Assembly (NCBI GenBank): GCA_021613535.1
Contig: CP075497.1
Coordinates: 186,001 to 250,000, forward strand
Length of the DNA: 64,000 bases
Reading direction: 5' to 3'
DNA from: Adineta vaga
Lineage: Eukaryota > Animalia > Rotifera
The notes beneath the pieces were generated by a model. The model was not told the origin of the DNA. It did not search any database and saw only the letters and a list, made by a program, of their open reading frames with translations. Below, piece by piece: positions 1 through 11,132 of the stretch. The position numbers and the translations under genes were made by a program. Numbering within the stretch: the stretch's first letter is position 1; every line of letters starts with the position of its first letter.

Positions 1-840
1 ATGCTTCCGAGGTCCAAATTCTTAGATAGAAGTTGTTAAAAGATTGTTATTTCTCAAAAATAATAAGATCGATGAAGAGTCACTATTGTTATATATGCAG
101 TGTAATTTTCTTCACATCTCTAAGTAAGAAATATTTCAGTGAAAGTTAATATTGTTCAATGAAAGTGACATAATTAATGATTTTATTAGAAATATTGTGC
201 GCATTAGTTATGATGCAGAAGAATTTCTTGATATTGTCAAACTGCATCATCAACATATTTTATGACGCAATGCAACCATTACTATAATATTTTATCATAC
301 ATCTTTCCAAATCAAAGTTAAAATATCATTACCAAAAGTGCTGTTTTTGGATCTGACGAAATCCCTTAATTTCTTGTTTAGATAAGAATTACACTAACTG
401 GAAATTATTCTCCTCATAGAAAAATAGTTTACGCAATCTTTTTCTTTTCCTGGAAATATTTATTATTTGTGAAGTAATATTATTAATAGACATTTATATT
501 TACGCAAAAAAATGTCCAAGCTCGATAAGAAAATGATCGATGCTTTATTCAACTGTCTTTTAATACTGGGCTCGATGAATAAATATTATCTACATTTAAT
601 ATTAAAGTTGAACATCTTCAATTACATACCCAGGTTAATGAAAATGGCGTCGCCTACAATCCGAAAACGAGCCGTAAACATGCCATATTATATTCATTTA
701 TGATATTTTTTATATTTCAATCACCCCAGAACGAGACTTTTCTAGCTCAGATGCTGCTAGATATCTAGAACTAAAACAGATATTACCTGTACCATGGATC
801 TTCCACTCCTTAGGTTCTTTCATTTTAACACGTAATATAA

Positions 841-1065
841 ATGACATTAATTAGTCTAATTGGATGGCTAAATTATGTTTCGTATCATGCTGTTTTCTAT
901 AATGTGACAGGTAACTAGAAGTTTTCAATCAGTTATAGTGATTATATATAGTAACGCACTATTACTAATTATAACTGGTTACATAACTATATTTACTTGT
1001 AACATTACAGAAACAGCATAGTAAGAAAAAGAATTTAGTCATCCAGTCAGACTAATCGGTGCCAT
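841..1065. mobile_element. Fold-back (MITE-like) element, ~225 bp imperfect palindrome
   Basis: TTAGTCTAATTGGATGGCTAAATT pairs with AATTTAGTCATCCAGTCAGACTAA, and ATGCTGTTTTCTATAATGTGACAGGTAA pairs with TTACTTGTAACATTACAGAAACAGCAT; no ORF, no clear TSD. Confidence 0.7.
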
Positions 1066-1189
1066 CTCACTCGATTTAATACTATCCATAGGATGAGGTA
1101 TGGGTGAGTAAAGCATACTACGACACGTTTCGACCTAGCTTAAGAGTTTCGTAAGGCATTTTAGACTACAATGTGTTGTGAATCAATCA

Positions 1190-1237
1190 GGTGTGGGTGT
1201 AGATATGAGTGAAGAAAATATAGCCGCACCCACACCC
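1190..1237. repeat. Telomere-repeat mini-hairpin (GGTGTGGGTG ... CACCCACACCC)
   Basis: G-rich TGTGGG-type arm, spacer containing GAAGAAAATATA, then C-rich arm. Confidence 0.65.
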
Positions 1238-1697
1238 TTTCGTATTCTGTTTTGGAAAATGTAATAGAAATGTATATAGCTTTATTACCCATATATTCTA
1301 TTTCCTCGTGATTAAATCATATTTTCCTTTTTTTTTGTTTATAATATAGAAGAGCGCGTGAGTGTAGATGAGATATATATATACCTCATTCATAACCAAC
1401 ATCGAGAGAAAATAATTAATCATACGTAGACAGGTATAAACTACATTATGGTAGAAATCAATCATCATATTAACATGGTATTCTCCTAAAATGTCATGAG
1501 TTTTTATTTAAAATAATTGAAGCTTTTTAGAATAATCATTCAAGTAATAATAAACTAATGCGATATTGTCGTAGTATGTATAGCAGTTGTATGTGAGCTG
1601 ATTAATGAATAAAAATTTGAAACTATACTGCATAATATTGTTCACCATGAGAATAGATATCAATATATTATATTCTATTGGTAATTCGTAATTTCTT

Positions 1698-2654
1698 TTA
1701 CTTTGCATAAGCAAAAAGAGTATTGAGAAATTTTGTTCGATCATAATCAACGATGATTTTAACATTTGGATGTTCAACTATTTTTGATCCCCACTGTTTG
1801 ACATTTTCATCATAGTAAAGTTCAACATCTTTCCATTGACCAATTGTTGGATCAATTGCACAACAAGCTGTTAAAGGATCATGAAATAATTTTCCATAAA
1901 TATCATTTCGACGTAAATAAATATTCATAACACGATGTATTTCTTGTAATGAAAAACTTTTATTTTTAATTAATTCAAGTTCTTTATGTGTATCTCTTGT
2001 ATAATGTACTCGATGACAAACATTTTTTGAAACAAAAAATTTTTCTCGAATTGTTTTATCTTTTAATACGATTAATGCAGATTCAACATCACAATCTAAA
2101 TTAAATGCTGAACTTGTTATTTGACCATTAAATCTTTTAATACGTTTTTTTGGTGGGATAATATTATCACCTGCAAATCCACCTTGTATAACTAATCGAC
2201 CTACTTGTAATTTTCCACTTTCAATAGCTTTACGAATATTACTTAATGGACCTCCACATATAATAATTGTATATTCATCACTATAAGTTAATAAGATATG
2301 ACATGCATCTAATGCTTCTCGAGATTCTTTTATATCGTTAGTATCATATACTTTTAAATGAAATCTTGATAGAGATGGTTTTGCATTTATATCAAATACA
2401 CCTAAAGGTAAATCCGAACGATTAAATAATGATAAAACATGTCGAATAAAACCAATTTGATCAGGTGTACCAGGAACAATTGTAATAGCTTTAAGATTAA
2501 CTAATGGATGTCCAAGAAGAAAAATAAGAGTAATAAAATCATCCATATCACCAGTTTCCATATCAAATATAATTTGTAAACGATTATTAATATAAAATCG
2601 ATCACAATTCAATGTTTCTTTGTTAAATGTATTCCAATCAAAAGCTTGTGCCAT
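1698..2654 (-). CDS. Inosine/uridine-preferring nucleoside hydrolase family protein, intronless
   Basis: 318 aa intact ORF; N-terminal acidic metal-binding motif DMETGDMDD, GGPLSN, QGG, FN and C-terminal HDP (FHDPLTACCAIDP). Confidence 0.85.
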   Translation of the reverse strand: MAQAFDWNTFNKETLNCDRFYINNRLQIIFDMETGDMDDFITLIFLLGHPLVNLKAITIVPGTPDQIGFIRHVLSLFNRSDLPLGVFDINAKPSLSRFHLKVYDTNDIKESREALDACHILLTYSDEYTIIICGGPLSNIRKAIESGKLQVGRLVIQGGFAGDNIIPPKKRIKRFNGQITSSAFNLDCDVESALIVLKDKTIREKFFVSKNVCHRVHYTRDTHKELELIKNKSFSLQEIHRVMNIYLRRNDIYGKLFHDPLTACCAIDPTIGQWKDVELYYDENVKQWGSKIVEHPNVKIIVDYDRTKFLNTLFAYAK

Positions 2655-3169
2655 AATTATATTTTTGATCTATTTTGTGCCAAAATCTTCAATGAAATAA
2701 TCATATGCGACATAATATTGAGTCATATTGTGTAATTACTGAAAAATGACGCATTAGATGAAAATAAAATATACTTGAAATTCGAATTACTGACGAATGG
2801 AGACATTTGTTGTTACCTAATGAAGGTTATAAATAAATAAATATGACAGAAAGGATTACAAATAGACATTCTGTCAAATTTTATATTTAATTTTCATATA
2901 AACTTAATTTTCTTGATCGATGGCGCCACAGGTAACGTTATTTTTAGTTGGAGTCTAAAGTAGAGGATCAATGAATACTATTTTCTTTAGACAAAAAATT
3001 ACCATAGATAAAATATATCACAAAACGAACGTTGTTCTTTCTCATTTGTTACTTCTTTTTATCTATTTTTGTAATTTTCAAGATATTTAGCAAAAAAAAC
3101 AATATTCAGATATTGTTATTCTTCATGTTAAATGATCTCCATATATTACATAGTTATTAATCAATAACA

Positions 3170-3870
3170 AAGAAAACTTTCTTACAGTTTTGCTAGATAG
3201 ATACAAGGATGACAGTGAAAATGTGACTAGTATAAATAAACATAAATCTCATCGACAAGGTAAATAACATGATACATACATATAAATGTTTCATTACGTG
3301 TAATATTTAATTATACCATTTGATAAAAAAATGTAATAATGATTTTATTCGAGTTTCACTCATCAATACTAAAAAATCAATGAGAATATAATTTAAAAAA
3401 GAACATTAATGATCATTGATAAGAGTAAATTAATCAAATATTTTCAAAAGAGATGTTCGACAAAAAGTAAATATTATACATGTGAACTATTAGAAATAGA
3501 AAGAATACAAAAACCTAGTTCAAATATAATCAGACAAGAATCTGCCGATCTTATTTTAACATTTTCATTTCTTTCGAAGTATCCAATAGCATCATTAGTT
3601 AAATACACAAAGACTATGTGAATTAACATGATTTGTTGTATTAAACTGTATATATCTTCAATATACAAAAGAAAAATATGGAATTGTCATTGATAACTAA
3701 AGTTCCTTTCTTATCATTATTATATGACTTTACCATTTAAATAAATATCAACATTATAATTCAATTAAAATTTATTCAAAAGTTGCTCGACATGTTGCAC
3801 AATTAATAATACCTAAAATATTCTCTACTTTCCGATCTATCAATCGTATTTTGTTACATTCAATCATACA
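3170..3870 (-). pseudogene. Possible degraded 7TM/GPCR-like gene remnant
   Basis: Disjoint fragments TIDR..., ATCR and LYLSSKTVRK resemble TM3 and TM7 ends of rhodopsin-like GPCRs; many stops and frameshifts; boundaries approximate. Confidence 0.3.
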
Positions 3871-4959
3871 TATCTTTGTTAGACAATGTGAATAACTTTA
3901 AGATTTTTATATGTTAAATGTTTTGATTATGAAAGATTAAAACGATATTGAAAAGAAGACTGATAGAAATAAAATATTTTGAGTAAGAAAAGATACGGTA
4001 AGGAAGAAGCAAAACTAATGAAAAGTTGAACAAAATTGTATGAAGAGTAATAATCATAATCAATAATTAACTGATCATTGTCTTGTTAATAATTACATCT
4101 GATTTCAACAAGAAGTTGATTGGAAGAAATAAAGTTAATCTATTTTGCGATTGATCAACGATATATCGATACATTATATTGGTAATAAAAAGATATAATT
4201 GCTTTAGTTTTATAAAGAAAATAAAGAAAACGGAGTGTAGTTTACGAGAAGAAAAGAATCATTTCTTATCAACATGTTTATGATGACACAAAAATTAATA
4301 AAACTAAAATATACAGTTTCTTTCAGAGTAGAATTTCAGAAAGTAAATATTTAAATAAATAGATTATTTTGTGAAAAACATCTTATTCACATTAACTATG
4401 TCAATTGTTCTCAAGATGCGGAAAATTGTTCAATTATTAAATATTTTTCTATCTATAGACACAAGTGTATTCTTGAGGGTGAGAGAATGTAAATCAGATC
4501 ATTGATATTTCAGAAGAGTTTCTTTTTTAATAAAAATTGTTTATATTGATTTCCTTAAATATTCATATAATCGAACAGAGCGATTGATACTAAATATTTT
4601 ACTTTCTTTAGTTGATCTGCTGCAATCTCAGTGATTATTTCATGAGAAAACTATTCATCTTTGTTAAACAATCTTCAATTTGAAAATATTTCTAATCGAT
4701 ATTTATAGTTTCTTGTTTTCTAAATGATTATAAAATTCAACGGTAAAACAAGTTTTTATATTCGATTGTTAATAAATTACATATGCTTTTATATTCTCAA
4801 CCTCATAGCAATGTCTATATAAAGTCAAAATATGATATGAAAACTTTTAGTTTATTCGTGAAGAAAAAGTTTTAAAATAAATTAATAATTGAATTTATCG
4901 AATATCAGAAACAAAGAAGAAATAACACAGGTTGTGCAAATCTTCTTATACGATATAAA

Positions 4960-5950
4960 ATGATTCGATTTGTATTCGTCTTTTTGATCATATTAAGTTC
5001 AGAAGTATTTGATTTTGATAAAATTGTTGAGAAGATGTTTTGATAAGAGGTTCTATGAAACTATTTTTTGATTTTAATTCTAAAAGATTCTACTTATCAT
5101 TGTTCAATATTCAAAACAAAAGAGGAAATTTTCGAATCTTTTTCTTTTTCCGTATTCTTTCAACCTGTTAATGTGTCGAATGATACAACATACGAGAAAT
5201 TTGGATCCAAATCAGTTATCAATGAACTTTATCTTTTCAATGAAATCAATATTTTTACTTTCTATCTTTTGTCTCCAAATCTTATAAAACTAGTAATTAC
5301 TTTCGATAATATTATTATTCCACTAGAAATTGGTCTACTCAATTAAATAGAATTAACTCCTCTAAATCTTCAGACACTACCATCGACTATTGAACAATTA
5401 TACAGATTAACAACGCTCGGAATAAGCTATTGTCGTCTTCAAGCATTACTAGAAACTTTTGAAACATTGATTTATTTACAAACATTAAAGTTTAATGGGA
5501 ATCGACTCAGATCTCTTCCTATAACTATAAAACGTTTAAATGCGCTTTCAACAATGGATATAAGTATTATAATCGATTTCTTGATTCTCTTGATGCTATT
5601 AGTGGATAAAAAAAAGTTAATTATTCGAATGCAACAAACTGTACAATTAATAATCTGCCACTCTATTTTATAACGGTATTAGATCTGTCGAATAATAATC
5701 TTGTCTCTCTCGATACGGTATTGATACATTAGTAGCATAGCATCAAGATATGTAGGAAGAGGTGAATTTTACTTTAGTAATAATTAAATTGAATCTCTAC
5801 CTGTCACTATCAATCAAACAAAAGATTTCCATCTCAAACTTGATTCAAATAATTTAATAATGATACCATTAGAGATTTTTGATATTTACGAACTCAAAGC
5901 ACTTTATGTTCAAAACAATTCGTTCAGCGCTAAACAACATGATTCGATAG
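4960..5950 (+). pseudogene. Secreted leucine-rich-repeat protein pseudogene
   Basis: Signal-peptide-like MIRFVFVFLIILSS, then LRRs (LQTLPSTIEQLYRL, LQTLKFNGNRLRSLP, LDLSNNNL, LKLDSNNLIMIPLEI, LKALYVQNN) broken by stops and frameshifts. Confidence 0.75.
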
Positions 5951-5953
5951 CTG

Positions 5954-6004
5954 TGAGGGTGTGGGTGTGGGTAGAAAGAGAAGACACCCACACCCTCAAG
6001 ATGG
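5954..6004. repeat. Telomere-repeat mini-hairpin with perfect 14-bp arms, followed by AGATGG
   Basis: TGAGGGTGTGGGTG (5954-5967) and CACCCACACCCTCA (5985-5998) are exact reverse complements. Confidence 0.85.
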
Positions 6005-6035
6005 AATTTTTTATTCAAAATGTATTAAATAAAAC

Positions 6036-6812
6036 TCATGTAGAATTTTGAAAGATATTCAAAGCATGTCCATCATAAGCATTAGATAATTTATTAATCC
6101 AATTTATTAATTCTTCTCCTTGATCTTCCCAAATAACTTTTGTTAATTGTGGATCAATCATACGACAATATGCATAACGACCAAATATAATATAATCAAC
6201 TTGTCCAGGGTATTTACCTTGAAAATATTCATTTGAACGTTCTCGTAAAATTTGTACTAAAGGTTGAACATTCATTTTAGCACGTCGTATAAGTTCTTGT
6301 TGATTAAGTGATATTAATCTTTGATAACCTTGTGGACCGTGTCTAGAATCCGATCGAAAATAATCACGAATTTCACCTTCTGCCATTAATTGATCAAGTT
6401 TAGGTAAAAATAAATCAAACCAAACAGCCCATTCAGGTTTTGATGCACCAAGACCTAAATCAATCATACGTGCATAGTTTTTTCCTGTGATTATATGTTC
6501 TAATTGAGCTATATTTGTTGGTTTTCCATCACCTGTAAATAGAGATGGACGATCTGGATAAGTATTTTCTAACCATTCAGCAATACGATAGGAGTCATAA
6601 ATAAATTCTCCATTTGGTAATTCAATTGCCGGTACAGATATATTAGGTAGATTAGAACGAACTGCCAAATCACGTCGAACATCGATCAAAGTAACAGGAA
6701 TTGTTTCAAATTCAACACCTTTATGAAGAAATCCCATTCGAGTTTTCCATGTATTTGGAGAAAAATAACATTTAGAATTGACAGATGGTACTAATTCATA
6801 AAATTTAATCAT
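6036..6812 (-). CDS. Glutathione S-transferase, beta-etherase (LigE)/fungal GSTFuA-like, intronless
   Basis: 258 aa intact ORF; FSPNTWKTRMGFLHKGVEFETIP, SVPAI, YDSYRIAEWLENTYPDRPSLF and C-terminal N-capping box PGQVDY. Confidence 0.85.
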   Translation of the reverse strand: MIKFYELVPSVNSKCYFSPNTWKTRMGFLHKGVEFETIPVTLIDVRRDLAVRSNLPNISVPAIELPNGEFIYDSYRIAEWLENTYPDRPSLFTGDGKPTNIAQLEHIITGKNYARMIDLGLGASKPEWAVWFDLFLPKLDQLMAEGEIRDYFRSDSRHGPQGYQRLISLNQQELIRRAKMNVQPLVQILRERSNEYFQGKYPGQVDYIIFGRYAYCRMIDPQLTKVIWEDQGEELINWINKLSNAYDGHALNIFQNST

Positions 6813-7222
6813 TTTTTATAACAAACGTTATTTGCGAATTGACCCTTTATTTTTATTCGATGTCAAACTTAATCAGAAAAAAAACTTAGTAGAAATAAAT
6901 ATAAATCGTGATAAAGTAAAGAAAATAGAATGAATATCTACTATTCATCTATGATGTATCCAATCATATTTTATCACTTTTCAAATGCGTAATCACCTAC
7001 CATCTATTACTTTTTTTTTATTCTTCTATCTATGCTCTTCCATGTTGGCGTCTAAAAACAAACTGAATCAAATACTAAATTTACAAATACACATACCAAT
7101 TCGAATGGAATTCTTGTCAAATTTTCTAAAAGCAAGAAACAGTAGTCTCTTCGACTTTTCTGATTGATTCAGGTCTTAAATATCTCATAAGCAAAGATGT
7201 ATCTTATAGTGATATCGGAGGA

Positions 7223-7263
7223 TGGGTGTGGATGAAGAAGATATACCCACCCACACCCACACC
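7223..7263. repeat. Telomere-repeat mini-hairpin
   Basis: TGGGTGTGG, spacer ATGAAGAAGATATA, then CCCACCCACACCCACACC. Confidence 0.7.
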
Positions 7264-7812
7264 GTGGTACTTAGAGTGTGCTCTTGAAATGTACAGACAA
7301 ATCGTGTTTTAGCAGAAATTGATCTATAATGTGCAAGAACAGTGAATTGAAGCCGACAGATGAAGAGAATTTGTAGATTTGCTTGTAATTTTTGTATAGT
7401 GAACTTAAAATATAATAAAATTGTACAGAGAACGAATAAAAACCAGATCAAATCAGTGCATCAGTACACATGGTATTGTTCAAAGTATTTGATGATCAAG
7501 TAAAACAAGTCATTACGTCACTAAATATAGTTTCATCTACATTTTTATAGATAAGATGTAGAAAATGAAACATCAATAGGAAGAATAGTATACAAAAAAA
7601 TTCGATATTGTGACGACATATTTTGTATAACAGAGTTATAACTAGGTGGTACATCATCATCATCCTCCTCAAACACACGTGGTTCTGGACATGAAGAAGC
7701 ATTCTTGTCCAATACGACGCCGTTCTAATATATCTTTAGCAGAATATAATGGTATATAATCAAATTTCTTTAGGAATGAAGAATTTAGGAGACCGATTTT
7801 TCCCGACAGTGT

Positions 7813-7829
7813 TGAGGGTGTGGGTGTGG
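7813..7829 (+). repeat. Interstitial telomere-type repeat
   Basis: TGAGGGTGTGGGTGTGG. Confidence 0.7.
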
Positions 7830-7983
7830 ATTCAAATATTTTATTCAGAATGTTCAGCAGTTGCTGGCGTAAACATGTGGCGGTTGAAAAGACGTCTTGC
7901 TAGTAAAGTCGCGGAGTTGTGAACACAAAATGCCCTCGAAAATTCAAGATTTCAATTGAAATAATTCTTATAGATAACGTCAT

Positions 7984-8045
7984 TTGAAACTTGAATTGAA
8001 ACATTGCAATTGAAGCAGAAATTTTCAATTGAATTCAAGTTTCAA
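7984..8045. repeat. Short palindrome at the 5' truncation point of the Athena element
   Basis: TTGAAACTTGAATT ... AATTCAAGTTTCAA, 14-bp perfect arms. Confidence 0.7.
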
Positions 8046-8049
8046 GTTC

Positions 8050-9304
8050 GACTCTACTGATTTTCTTCGACCACTATTTGATCACGTGGCGAAACAGACG
8101 ACATTCATCAATGGTATTGATCTTGTTCGACAATTAGAAGAATACCAACGAGATGGTCGTCTTTCGATATCAACTCAGTTTCTTACATTTGATGTCACTG
8201 ATCTATATACGATGATACCAAGAAATGGATCATTGGAAGCATTAGGACGATTTCTAAATAAAACGTCGACAAAAGGCAAAATTGGTAATTTATCTATCAA
8301 TACGATCTTAAAACTAGCTCGTCTAGTATTAGATACAAATTAAAGGTGGTGCAATGGGTTCAGCATTTACAATGACATTAGCCAATGTCTACATGTTAGA
8401 ATGGGAACAACCATTAGTCGAATTGCAAGCACAACAAGGAGAGTTGTATAGAAGGTAAGATGGCAGGAAGTTTATATTCATGGAGTATTCTATGTCTTCT
8501 TTATAGATATATCGATGATGTATTCATGACATCGAATATGTCTATTGATGAAATTCGTGCAAAGCTCGATTGGATGAATGAGAAGGATGGTGAACATATA
8601 CGAATCACTTATTCAGTTGGTTTCGAAGTCGAATTTCTCGATGTTCAAATTGAAAATCATCATAGTTCATTGATCGTAAACCAGCTGCTGAGCCGTATGT
8701 ATTACCATATTCATCTGATCATCCTCGTCATGTACATATCACCATACCGTATGATGCATTGTTACATGCTGCTCGATTATGTTCAGATGTGTATGCATTC
8801 GACAATGAACGATTAGACATCGAAATGAAACTTCTATTAAATGGATATCCGCCAAGATTTCTTAATTATAATTTCGATCGATTCTTTCGATTGAATCAGG
8901 CGATAGAAGTTCATACTCAGTTAGATGTGGAGCAATATCAAACTTTACATCGAAAATTATTATATTTGCCTACACGACGTGAAAAGAAACATCAACGACA
9001 GTTAACAGATCAAACTAGTGAAGAGTTAGTTGCAAATAATGATGTGGTAACAAAGAAGCAATGGAATAGGAAGATCTTAATGTTACCACATACATTCGAA
9101 AGTGGTCCATCGAAGGATTTCAGTCGTCAGTTTCGGAAATTATGGACGAAATATTATGGTTACAAAGGATCAGCTGTCAAAGACGTACGTGTCATGATAA
9201 CAGCATTGACGAATCCATCTTTGAATGATCTATTTGTTCGAAAGAAACCTTCGGCATCATTATTGACCAGAATGGAAGCAACAGACGTTGAACAGTTGAT
9301 CTGA
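8050..9304 (+). pseudogene. Athena reverse transcriptase, disrupted
   Basis: TFDVTDLYTMIP; KGGAMGSAFTMTLANVYM; LYRR|YIDD joined across intron 8455-8506; EFLDVQI; RKPAAEPYVLPYSSDHPRH; LLNGYP; frameshifting deletions at ~8340 and ~8670. Confidence 0.9.
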
Positions 9305-9480
9305 AGTAGTGTTTTCTTTTCTTTTTATTATTGTATGTGTTCGTTTTTGCATGATCATTTGTTACGTGTCAGACTGAAATAAAGTTGCATGACGTACTCT
9401 TGTATTGATGTAGAGCATAGAGATATATTGTATTTTTATTTTATACTTTAGATTTAAGTATAAATATTTACTCGTCAGAT

Positions 9481-10218
9481 ATGCCTAGCCGCAAGAAGTC
9501 AGTCGAGCAGAAGTCGTTGGTAAAAAAGACTCCTCGATGGTCTTATTCCAACGAAAGCAAAAAGGCGGCCTATAGTCAGAAGACTGTCTGATGATACTAC
9601 TCAGTCATCATCAGATGAAGCCGTCACTCGGTCTTCTTCTGGTTTAAAACGCCATGAAGAAGTACCACAGAAGGTATCAACATCACCTGAACCAAGCCTT
9701 ATTTCAGGTCACAGGCCATCAAGCAGCAGACCTGATGGTGTAGAACAAGAAGGATCAGTGGTAAGGACAGCTTTGAATAAACATGAATTTCGTAATCGAA
9801 CTTGTTTGATACTACTTTTATCCTATAGGCAACTCCATTGGTGTCGGCTAATAGTCAATTCTTTTATTCACCAATTTATCGGCGATACTATGGATTAACA
9901 CCTCCAAATCCGAGGTTAAATAATCCTCGGTTATTGGAGGATTACATTGATTGGTACATCAATGTGTACATGGAAGAAGAACTTCCATGGCAATGGGTAA
10001 GATGTGTAGAAAAGAATTCTTATGAGAAATATTAAATATTGAACTATTTCCATATTAAATAGATCGATGTTGGTAATCCAGCAGAACGTAGACAACGAGA
10101 TGAAGATGAAGCAAAAGAAGAATCCAAAAGGCTCGGTGTTACTCCATCGACATCGACAAACAAATAGTATTATGTCGATTTAACACCAGAGACAAATGAT
10201 AATTCGTCGAAAAAGTAA
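9481..10218 (+). pseudogene. Degraded intron-containing companion ORF of the retroelement
   Basis: Begins MPSRKKSVEQKS; GTAAG donors at 9761 and 9997 with nearby AG acceptors; frameshifted; function unknown. Confidence 0.4.
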
Positions 10219-10633
10219 CTTTTTCTGTTATCGATGAGTTTTATTTCATTTAATAAAAAGAAAATTAAGAATAAATACGATGACTATTTTTCATTATCTT
10301 ATATCAAAGGTGAAGACGAGACTTTCCATGGCTATGCGTAGCCGACCGGTTTCGATGAGAAGTTACTATTTTGCTTTTCCATGTACTTGTCTATTGATCC
10401 TTTGAATATTCTTCTCTTATTTTGTGTTGAAGATGAGAACGTTATTTTCGAATATCTTATCAGTATGAAAAACGACCGTTACTATTTGAGTAGTTGAGTA
10501 CTGCGAAGAGTCACAAGACAGACACACACCGGTCATGGTAGTCCATGTCTGTATATCACATCATTTCTCTCGAATGCTTTTCTTCATAAATAGACATTCA
10601 GCATTTAAAGTCGTGATGCGAGGCTATGCAGAC

Positions 10634-10682
10634 ATAATCCATCTGATGAGACCCTTGGACAAGGTCGAAACCGGTAGATTAT
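10634..10682 (+). ncRNA. Type I minimal hammerhead ribozyme motif
   Basis: CTGATGA (10643-10649), stem II GACC...GGTC, GAAA (10667-10670), palindromic stem III ACCGGT with GUA triplet; stem I ATAATC/GATTAT is offset by 3 nt. Confidence 0.75.
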
Positions 10683-10904
10683 TTTAAAATGGAAATTGCA
10701 AAAGAGGAAAAGATAGTAAGATTGAGAGGGGCACAAACAACAGATAACTGCATTTCCGAAAACGTGAACTCTATTGCTAGCTACGAATCAACGGAAATAG
10801 ATAGTACAACGATGACTTTAGAACAACAATGCGAGAGGAACAACGATTACGAAAAGCAAAGTCTCATTGAAGCATCAGCCATTCTAATATGATGTGATCG
10901 TGAA

Positions 10905-10977
10905 AACCAGAACGGTATTCAGCCAATATCCTCCGACTGATTATCGGAAGATGTGAGTTCGAGTCCTGCTTTGATTT
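10905..10977 (+). other. tRNA-like cloverleaf (degenerate; anticodon position GAT)
   Basis: Acceptor AACCAGA/TTTGATT, D stem GGTA/TATC, perfect anticodon stem TCCGA/TCGGA with 7-nt loop CTGATTA, T loop TTCGAGT; canonical spacing but no D-loop GG. Confidence 0.55.
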
Positions 10978-11115
10978 CATGATCTTTTTGGATAAGTTTT
11001 TCGTACTTATCTAAGGATATCGCTGTGGATACTTCAAATGAATTAGATCGAGTTGTATCGTGGACAAATGAAAGGATTTCTAATTAAAGTTTCTTTACAA
11101 TCCTATTGTCAAACT

Positions 11116-11132
11116 CACCCACACCCACACCC
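11116..11132 (-). repeat. C-rich telomere-type repeat
   Basis: CACCCACACCCACACCC. Confidence 0.75.

Larger units (their letters stand above)
8050..11132 (+). mobile_element. 5'-truncated Athena-type (endonuclease-lacking Penelope-like) retroelement
   Basis: PLE RT motifs with no GIY-YIG after the thumb; downstream co-oriented ORF, hammerhead motif and terminal C-rich telomeric repeats; the 3' boundary is inferred. Confidence 0.8.

Noticed and set aside
1-703. Leu-rich fragments and the 63-aa ORF, possibly an F-box/LRR pseudogene tail
   Set aside because: Too many stops and no diagnostic motif
1698-6812. Bacterial contamination as the source of the intronless enzymes
   Set aside because: Same AT content as the flanks and interleaved with intron-bearing genes and eukaryotic transposons
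10308-10470. Further hammerhead-like pieces (reverse-strand CGAAACCGGTC at ~10344; TGAAGA...TCGAA at ~10428)
   Set aside because: Could not assemble a complete core with proper stems
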